Positions 57,525 through 64,000 of a DNA stretch of 64,000 nucleotides are shown piece after piece (position 1 is the stretch's first letter; each line of letters opens with the position of its first letter). Source of the DNA: a candidate division WOR-3 bacterium (GTDB lineage: Bacteria > Hydrothermota > Tepidihabitantia > Tepidihabitantales > Tepidihabitantaceae); NCBI GenBank assembly GCA_965649205.1, contig CBFGJV010000005.1, positions 41,918 through 105,917 of the forward strand. Reading direction: 5' to 3'. A program made the translations under genes and the position numbers. The notes below the pieces were generated by a model. The model saw only the letters and a list, made by a program, of their open reading frames with translations. It had not been told where the DNA came from and ran no database searches.

Positions 57525-57598
57525 TGAGACCGGAGTTATTCAGCCGAACAGCGTTCAAGGAGGTTCTCAGACCTAGCCCGGGTATTTAGAAGTTCAAC

Positions 57599-58000
57599 TC
57601 AGGGCAGGGAATCTTCGGTCAGGAGCAGTTCGCACATTCCCGACGCCCGACCGTAGAGCACCAGACACTCTTGATACAACTGATTGCGACGTGCGGTGTC
57701 CTTGGCCCGGTGCCATTCGGCAATTGCCCGGCGCAGACCGACAATCTCTCTTTCCAGCCGTTGCAACTTGAAATTCAGACCCGGTCGCCGCAGAAGAGCT
57801 ACGGAATCCATCCGGGCCGCAAGAGATGCAACTACCTGCTCCAGACTGTCCGCCTTCTGTTCATATGCGGCGATGGAATCCGCCCCCACTTGGCTTGCAT
57901 ATACCGGCGTGCGGCCGGTGTACAGTCTGACCGCGAGAAAGACAGTAGTAGCCGATATCAGCACCAGTAGGACGGTAAAAACTTGCAGCAAAACCTTCAT
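57599..58000 (-). CDS. Hypothetical membrane-anchored coiled-coil protein
   Basis: SD AGGAG, N-terminal TM helix, helical remainder. Confidence 0.65.
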   Translation of the reverse strand: MKVLLQVFTVLLVLISATTVFLAVRLYTGRTPVYASQVGADSIAAYEQKADSLEQVVASLAARMDSVALLRRPGLNFKLQRLEREIVGLRRAIAEWHRAKDTARRNQLYQECLVLYGRASGMCELLLTEDSLP

Positions 58001-58158
58001 TTTTGCTCCTGTGCTTCACATATATGATAAGTTCTGGCCGTACAACTGGTCAAGGCAAGAAGCTTTTCCGGCCAGTTCCTTTTCCTGTTTCTGGCGCAGG
58101 ATGCTGAGGGTTGAACGGCGTTAACTGTTCGGATAAGCTTTGCTAAGAGGTAATAACA

Positions 58159-58941
58159 ATGAATACGAAAAGAATGCTGTTCGCTATATCTGTCCTGGTG
58201 CTGGTGTTTACCGGTTGTGCCAGGCGGCGGACTATCACCTTGGCCTCCCTTGCTGACATCATCGTGGCCCAAGACGGTTCCGGTAACTATCTCAAAGTAA
58301 TGGACGCAGTCAACGTGGCGGAAGGAGGTGACATCATATTTGTCAAACCGGGAATCTATAAGGAAAAGGTAGTGATTGACAAGGAGGACATCGTACTCGT
58401 GGGCGCCGGGCCCGGAAAGACGATTATTGACGCGGACGAAGAACATGCCGCCATCATTCTGAGCGGCAACGCCTGCATAGTTGAAGGCTTTAGCCTTACC
58501 GGAGGAGAATACGGTATCGATGTCAGACACGGTTACCATCGGATCAGTCGCTGCCTCATTTTCGGCAACAGGTATTTTGGTATCCACCTGTCCGACCAGC
58601 CAAGCGTCGGTTCGTCCATTATCGAGTTCTGCACCATTGTGGATAATGGCGTTTCCGGCATATACTCCATGAAGGACGACGAGAATACCGAAATTCGATA
58701 CTGCGTCATCGCCCGTCACGAGAACGGCATAGTTGCTATTAACGAAGGAGGAGGCATGAAGGTTGAGTACAACGTGCTGGACAACGAGGATGGAAATTTT
58801 GACATCTTAACCGCAAGCAAGAAGGACAATATCGAAGGCCACCCACAGTTTGTGAATCCGAATAAGGCTGACTATCGCCTGAAGAAAGACTCGCCGGCGA
58901 TCAACATCGATGGCAAGGGCACAACCGCGGGTTGTTTCTAG
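58159..58941 (+). CDS. Right-handed beta-helix lipoprotein (pectin lyase-like / NosD-like)
   Basis: FTGC lipobox; VAQDGSG.Y and I.VKPG.Y.E; N-G-I repeats; P.FV...DY.L..DSPAI. Confidence 0.8.
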   Translation: MNTKRMLFAISVLVLVFTGCARRRTITLASLADIIVAQDGSGNYLKVMDAVNVAEGGDIIFVKPGIYKEKVVIDKEDIVLVGAGPGKTIIDADEEHAAIILSGNACIVEGFSLTGGEYGIDVRHGYHRISRCLIFGNRYFGIHLSDQPSVGSSIIEFCTIVDNGVSGIYSMKDDENTEIRYCVIARHENGIVAINEGGGMKVEYNVLDNEDGNFDILTASKKDNIEGHPQFVNPNKADYRLKKDSPAINIDGKGTTAGCF

Positions 58942-59046
58942 CCCGGCAGCCAACTGGCGACAAAAGATTAGGATAGATAGAAAACTATTTTCTTGAGGAA
59001 TCAGGTTTTCTTGACTTGGGCAGGGGGGCGAGTATGCTTTATTTGC

Positions 59047-60048
59047 GTGACGAGACTGGTTACGTCTCGAGAGAGAACTGCCGCGGTCCTTACGGCGTTA
59101 GGTTTAATTTTTTCCAGTCTGGCCGGCGCAGAGGCGCCGGCTGTTTGTTTTCCCGAAAAAACTGCCAGTAATGGCATGACCGCAGCAGTGGTGATGAAGC
59201 CGCGGGGCAAAAATCCGCAGGGCGCAGAGGAGTATCTGTGTCTGCGGGATTCGGCCGTGATGGTGAAGGTTCCAGCTGCAGGCACAAGGCGCGCATTCTA
59301 CATAGATAAGTACGAGGTGACCAACCGGCAGTTTGCCCGCTTTGTGGAGGCTACTGGTTATCAGACTGACGCGGAAAAGCATAACCGGGGATGGGTGTAC
59401 GATTTGGAGCTGGGCCGCTGGGAGGAGAAGAAGGGCGTCAGCTGGCGGGACTTTCATCGGCCGGAGACGGACAATCATCCGGTAGTGCTGGTGTCGTATA
59501 ATGACGCCCGGGCCTATTGCGACTGGGCGGGCAAAAGACTACCCACAGAGGAAGAATGGGAACTGGCCGCGCGAGGCACCAGAGACCAGACCTATCCCTG
59601 GGGCAATTCGCCGCCAACCGGAGCTACCTGCAACTTTGCCGACCGCAGTCTGGGCACAGAGTGGGCCAGCAAACAGATTGACGACGGCTTCGGTTTTACG
59701 GCACCGGTGGGCAGTTACCCGCAGGGTGCTTCGCCTTGGGGTTGTATGGATATGGCCGGAAATGTGTGGGAATGGTGTGACGGCTGGTATGGCGGCCCTG
59801 CTCAGAGCGGCAAGGCTAATCCGCTGGTGCATCCCACCAGTTCTAACCGGGTGCTGCGCGGCGGTTCCTGGGGCGACGGGCCGAGAATGATGGCGTGCGG
59901 TTCGCGTATTGGTCTGTGGTCTTCTTTCCGCTTTACCTACAGTGGATTCCGCACCGCCTTGGGGCCCGAGCGAGCCGGAGTCGTGGAAATAGCCGCCTGC
60001 CAGGATACAGCGCCGTTCCTGACTCCACACGAAAATATCCGGCAGTAA
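59047..60048 (+). CDS. Formylglycine-generating-enzyme (SUMF1/FGE-sulfatase) domain protein
   Basis: FYIDKYEVTN, HPVV.VS..DA.AYC.W, RLPTEEEWE.AARG, DMAGNVWEW, RGGSW and GFR motifs. Confidence 0.9.
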   Translation: MTRLVTSRERTAAVLTALGLIFSSLAGAEAPAVCFPEKTASNGMTAAVVMKPRGKNPQGAEEYLCLRDSAVMVKVPAAGTRRAFYIDKYEVTNRQFARFVEATGYQTDAEKHNRGWVYDLELGRWEEKKGVSWRDFHRPETDNHPVVLVSYNDARAYCDWAGKRLPTEEEWELAARGTRDQTYPWGNSPPTGATCNFADRSLGTEWASKQIDDGFGFTAPVGSYPQGASPWGCMDMAGNVWEWCDGWYGGPAQSGKANPLVHPTSSNRVLRGGSWGDGPRMMACGSRIGLWSSFRFTYSGFRTALGPERAGVVEIAACQDTAPFLTPHENIRQ

Positions 60049-60069
60049 AAATCAGACAACCGTAAAAGA

Positions 60070-60094
60070 AACGGCGGGCACCCGGCCCGCCGTT
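60070..60094. terminator. Bidirectional intrinsic terminator
   Basis: 10-bp stem aacggcgggc / gcccgccgtt, flanked by an A-run and attt, between convergent genes. Confidence 0.8.
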
Positions 60095-60113
60095 ATTTGC
60101 TCGGGGTGAAGGT

Positions 60114-60704
60114 CTATTGCACCTTCACTGACCTAGCTGCGTGCCTGTGACCCGGTCCACAATCTACGACTACCACATATCCGCCCGCGGGAAGCGAGCT
60201 TAGCAATGGTCCTTCCAGCCGCAACTGCGAGCCGGCAGAGAACTCCTGACTGAGACGGAGTCTGCCGTGCAAATCATACAGCCTTACGTTGATTGGCTGC
60301 CCGGCGTATCCCTGGCTGAAACTCACCACCAGGCTGCTGCGGAAGATGGGCGGGACCACCGGAATCCGCGGCTGGTCCTCGCGATTCCCGTTGATTCCCG
60401 CCACTGGTTCTTCCAGGCGGCCGGAGCCGTCCAGCATACCCGGGCTGCCCGGCAGGTCAACGCGCGGAGGCACTATAGGTACGGGCAAGGGAAGCTCCGG
60501 CAAGCTTGGAAGCACGGGCAGAATCAGACGTTCCTCGCTTGCCTCATCTACCAGCAGAGGCTGGCCAATCCGGACAGGCGGAACCATCGGTGGTACCAGG
60601 TCCAGGTACATAGGCGGTTGCGGCTGCCTGTACTCCGGATTGATTTCAGCCAGAGCCGGAGTCAGTAGTAGAAGTAAGGTAAATAGACCGATTAGCTTTT
60701 TCAT
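60114..60704 (-). CDS. Small secreted Pro-rich protein with T9SS-like C-terminal domain
   Basis: SD AGGAGG; MKKLIGLFTLLLL signal; Pro-rich body; LYDLHGR...LPAGGYVV...VKV tail. Confidence 0.7.
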   Translation of the reverse strand: MKKLIGLFTLLLLLTPALAEINPEYRQPQPPMYLDLVPPMVPPVRIGQPLLVDEASEERLILPVLPSLPELPLPVPIVPPRVDLPGSPGMLDGSGRLEEPVAGINGNREDQPRIPVVPPIFRSSLVVSFSQGYAGQPINVRLYDLHGRLRLSQEFSAGSQLRLEGPLLSSLPAGGYVVVVDCGPGHRHAARSVKVQ

Positions 60705-60763
60705 AGCTACCTCCTGTTTTTTACTGCTGGCAGAACCAGCAGGACTCTTCCCATTATTAATGA

Positions 60764-60856
60764 CTATGCGGTGCCGGCGAGAGATTCTATTCTCTGCGCC
60801 GGGCCCGGAACTACTCCGGGCCGTCTTGTATAGTGCGTCGTTACTGTACCGCATAG
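60764..60856 (+). ncRNA. Candidate three-stem junction structured RNA or ssDNA element
   Basis: P1 60764-60774/60846-60856 (11 bp, one G.U on the + strand); P2 60775-60801 (10 bp, 1 bulge); P3 60802-60822 (8 bp). Confidence 0.5.
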
Positions 60857-61297
60857 CACTGCTTAGACACAAACCGAAGCGCAAGGATTCAGCAGTCTGT
60901 AAGACCGCGCCAGCATCCAAAAAGGAAAAGCTTTTCAGCCTGCTTTGTCCGACGCTCAGATGCGGCCGGAACATACGGATTTACAGCCGGATACACAACT
61001 GCCCGCCGCACTGGAGACAAAAGCGGGGTAGAACGGCGTAGGTAATACTTTTTCAATCAGTTATCAGCTTAGTCCCTGGTATTACCGCCCCCGAATTTGT
61101 TGCCAGCTTCTTCTGGGTGCTGTTTAGGTGCAACCTATGGGAAAACCAAGACTTGGCGCTTTTATTGCCCCTTGCTCGGCCGCAGCCCCCTAGGCGGCGT
61201 GGGCGCTGGGGACTCCCCGGCAAAACCGTCTTCTGGATAAAAACGGCCGCTTGTGTCCATATAACCTGATGAGAAGAGAGACCTAAAGGAGGAAATT

Positions 61298-61672
61298 ATG
61301 GATAACTTCTCAAGACGGATAACAATGAACCGGGGCACTATCCGCGTGCTGGAAGAGAATACGTAAAGGCGCTGAAAATCCGCTGCTGGGAAAAGCGCAG
61401 CCGCAGGCGGAAAAACTGTTCGGAAAGAGGTTTTGTCCCTGCTGGAAACCGCGGGAATGAGCAGATTTGAGACTATGCACTACGGCTGGTTTCTGCGCGA
61501 ACTTTCCCGGCTGTGGTGCAACTATGCGGGCCGGGACCTTGCCTTTCATCTGGAGCTGTGTATGCGCAAATGGCTGGGATACGGACTGAAAAGCGAAATA
61601 ATCCAGTTTCTGGTAGTGGAAATACACCTGCGGCTCAAAGCTAGAAGCGAAAACGGCAAGAAGGCGGAATGA
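61298..61672 (+). pseudogene. Disrupted small helical protein resembling the Adnaviria (SIRV2-type) major capsid protein, copy 1
   Basis: SD AAGGAGG plus ATG 61298 in frame with ORF 61433-61672, but in-frame TAA (61364) and TGA (61373). C-terminal part VLSLLETAGMSRFETMHYGWFLRELSRL...KWLGYGL. Confidence 0.55.
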
Positions 61673-61675
61673 CAG

Positions 61676-62147
61676 ATGGACCCAACAGAAAACAGACAGA
61701 TAGAGCGGGCCGTAAGTCGCCACCATCGGGCGTTGGCCAGAGGCACTGCTCCCTGCCGCGCGGACGGCGACGCGCAGGCAGACAACTTCCGGGCCGCACT
61801 GGAGCGGGCAGAACTGCGTGCGGCGCAGATGAAAGCAGTCCTGCACGCCGCGCAGGTGCTGATGGGCCAAACCCTGCTCTGGCGCAACTTCATTTTGCAT
61901 CTGGACCGGCTGGCACGCACCTGTGGAGGCGTCACGGCATCGGTGCTGGTGCGAGCAGGCCCTTCGCGGGCTGGCACGCACCTGTGGAGGCGTCACCCTG
62001 CGGTTGCGCGCAAAGGAGGCGGTACAGCGTTGGGCGGCCTTGGGTCTGGACGCAGAACTGCTCCTTCGCCTTGCCGCAGAAGTATTCGGCCTGGACGCAT
62101 TGACAGAAAAGGGTGGGAAAATAGAATGCCACAATGGGGTTGAATAG
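61676..62147 (+). pseudogene. Paralog (copy 2), frameshifted by a 61-bp insertion
   Basis: Removing one repeat plus the insert joins ORF 61676 to ORF 61923-62147, giving a 136-aa protein paralogous to copy 1. Confidence 0.7.
61908..61996. repeat. Exact 28-bp direct repeat flanking a 33-bp insert (neo-CRISPR-like unit)
   Basis: GGCTGGCACGCACCTGTGGAGGCGTCAC at 61908-61935 and 61969-61996; insert GGCATCGGTGCTGGTGCGAGCAGGCCCTTCGCG. Confidence 0.92.
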
Positions 62148-63225
62148 GCTCGCAGTAATCTGGGCGCTGCTTGTGTCCCTGAGTTGGGGCTTCTGGGACT
62201 TCTGGCCCTATTTGCAACATCAGGACCTGCTTTCCCGTTCCATAGATATCTGTGGTGAGCGATATCCGGAAATGCTTACCGAACTCAGGGTTTATCGCGA
62301 TCGTCTGCTCGCCGGGGTCCACGACGAAGACTATGACCAGGACGAAGTCAACGGCTCCTACTCCGACTATTCAGGCTACTGCGCGGTGCTTCCGGCTGCC
62401 TGGTGGCCCACGGCGCGGCGACGGCTCAACGCTATCCAGTGGGTTTATGACCCGCAGAATCCCAACAACTGGAATGCGGCTCTGGTCACCTATCCTTCCG
62501 ATCCGGCCCGGGCTTACTATATGCTTGGCCACATCATTCACAACTTGCAGGACTTGTTTGTGCCGGCGCACGCGCACATTGCGCCCCATGGCGCAGGCAC
62601 AGGTGGTCTGGTGGAAAATCACTCCTGGCCACTCTACTTTGATAACTTTGAGCAATACTGCGAAACAGGCGCCAACGAACTTGGCCGGGCCCGGGCAGAG
62701 CGCATTCCGCAGGCTCCGTTGGAAACACTAATGGTGTGGGCGGCGCGCTTTGCTGCCACAGACGTGGAATCGGTGGGATTCAGACCGTCTTTATACTATG
62801 CTCGGCCGGACAGTGCGGGCGGCTGGGGTCGGTACCGACCCTATCCTTCCGGCGGCTATCCCTGCGGTCGGGACCGTATCACCAATGCGCTGGCCGACTC
62901 CTGGTCGCTCTGGCTCGCGCCTACCTGCTGTGAATACGGAGCTGCGGCCATACGCAACTTCTGGCGGGCAAGCGTAGGCCGCAAGGAAGGTCAAATGGTT
63001 CGGTCTGAGACGCTGTTCCTGCCGACTTCGCCTATACGGCCCGGCTCTTTACTGCTGGAGGTGGCGCAACCGGTGCGGGTGCAGTTCTTTACTCCTTCCG
63101 GCTGGCTGGAGGCAGAAGCCACAGGCACCCGTATTTACTGTCCCTTATTGCCTGGGGGGCGGTGGTTTGTGCGCGTAGCGGACAGAACTGGCGCGACAGT
63201 ATTTCCGCTGACGGTTATTCCTTAG
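62134..63225 (+). CDS. Secreted zinc-dependent phospholipase C / P1 nuclease-fold protein with degenerate T9SS-like tail
   Basis: Signal peptide, then W...H near the mature N-terminus; G.HDED; LGHIIHNLQDLFVPAH; D.FE. Promoter TTGACA-16-TAGAAT 6 nt before the ATG. Confidence 0.7.
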   Translation: MGLNRLAVIWALLVSLSWGFWDFWPYLQHQDLLSRSIDICGERYPEMLTELRVYRDRLLAGVHDEDYDQDEVNGSYSDYSGYCAVLPAAWWPTARRRLNAIQWVYDPQNPNNWNAALVTYPSDPARAYYMLGHIIHNLQDLFVPAHAHIAPHGAGTGGLVENHSWPLYFDNFEQYCETGANELGRARAERIPQAPLETLMVWAARFAATDVESVGFRPSLYYARPDSAGGWGRYRPYPSGGYPCGRDRITNALADSWSLWLAPTCCEYGAAAIRNFWRASVGRKEGQMVRSETLFLPTSPIRPGSLLLEVAQPVRVQFFTPSGWLEAEATGTRIYCPLLPGGRWFVRVADRTGATVFPLTVIP

Positions 63226-63524
63226 AGCTGGCTTGCCTGCCAGCGCGGGTCGGCCATGGCTGCGTCCAGCTCAGAGCCGGCACGCAGGGCAGTGCGGTGC
63301 TGCCGGTCGTAGTCCGCACCGGCATATCTGCAGAGAAGCTGGATGGGAATGTCATCGGCTCGGCGCAGGCTTCCACTACCGTTGGGCCGCAGGGCGAATA
63401 GAAGCATGAGTAAACTCGACGCTCGATTCAGACAGAATGAACCGGAAAGGAAGCCTGCTATCGGGTATTCCCAGAAAGCTTTTCATAGAAGCGTTCCCAT
63501 TATCCCCCGCCAGCGCTCGCGCAC

Positions 63525-64000
63525 TCAGTCCATGCCGAGTACTCGCGCAACGTACTCCCCCTGCTGGCAGATGACCGGAAACTCGCGCTCGATGTCGGCC
63601 CACTGACGGTTCTCTCGGTCGGGAATATGCCTCAGGTCTGTGTCTGAAAGAATGTACCCATCAAGTGATATGCTCTTGGTCCTGAAATCATCTCGCTCGG
63701 AGAACTCCCTGAGCTTGTTGAGCGCTTCGAACTTGGGTTTGGTACCCCTCAATCCCTGATGGTGCAACCCGTGTGGGTCCAAGAACCGAACGTGCACAGC
63801 TCCGGTCTCGCGGTTCCTAAGCCAGATGATGAAATCCGGGTAGAAACCGCTGCGCGAGAACAGACCCACACCGCGGCCCGGCAGGTTTCGGAGTACGTAC
63901 ACTTCATAGTTCCGATAGGGTTCTTTGTCATGGTTATCCCGCCAGAACTTCTGCATGTCCTCCAGTAACCGCTTTTCGTTCTTTCCCAGCGGCGGCGGCT
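63525..64000 (-). CDS. C-terminal nuclease part of a type III restriction endonuclease (Res subunit), partial
   Basis: L...E..L, Y.LRNL...GVG.F...GFYPDFIIW and FLDPHGL (PD-(D/E)xK variant). The ORF continues beyond the window. Confidence 0.75.
   Translation of the reverse strand, partial: PPPLGKNEKRLLEDMQKFWRDNHDKEPYRNYEVYVLRNLPGRGVGLFSRSGFYPDFIIWLRNRETGAVHVRFLDPHGLHHQGLRGTKPKFEALNKLREFSERDDFRTKSISLDGYILSDTDLRHIPDRENRQWADIEREFPVICQQGEYVARVLGMD

Noticed and set aside
59047..60100. FGE-domain gene as a diversity-generating retroelement target
   Set aside because: The fold is a known DGR target type, but I found no template repeat or reverse transcriptase in the window, and the downstream hairpin is explained as a terminator.
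60860..60900. c-di-AMP riboswitch (GCTGAATCC on the minus strand)
   Set aside because: The downstream conserved GGAACC/GGGG elements are absent.
61908..61996. Functional CRISPR array
   Set aside because: Only two repeats, the repeat is coding sequence, and there is no leader or cas gene. Reported instead as an off-target integration candidate.
63222..63407. 61-aa minus-strand ORF
   Set aside because: No recognisable motif or start signal; possibly a gene fragment but unsupported.

Overview
A 64-kb chromosomal segment from an anaerobic, diderm, probably peptide-fermenting bacterium. The secreted CARDB/Kelch proteins with T9SS/FlgD-like C-terminal domains suggest candidate phylum WOR-3, which is inference only. 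Most of the window is housekeeping or metabolic: trxA, an HdrD-like protein, tldD/pmbA, purN, lnt, rfbD, alr, nnr, buk-iorAB, pfkB-fba, a seven-gene oxygen-defence operon, tRNA-Leu-tig-clpP-clpX and acpP-fabF-etfB-coaE. There are also six secreted proteins with a sorting tail, and an accessory right end that runs into a type III restriction gene. Five signals stand out. (1) A tandem pair of small, disrupted genes at 61.3-62.1 kb whose products align almost gap-free with the archaeal filamentous-virus (Adnaviria, SIRV2-type) major capsid protein; the reference was recalled from memory, so this needs a profile search. (2) The second gene is broken by an exact 28-bp target duplication around a 33-bp insert, the geometry of off-target type I-E Cas1-Cas2 spacer integration. 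(3) A non-coding, G-rich array of 27 degenerate 12-bp units with no phase slip at 7.9-8.2 kb, with a shorter relative at 37.15 kb. (4) Apparently leaderless promoters on about a dozen genes. (5) Two strongly structured intergenic RNA candidates.
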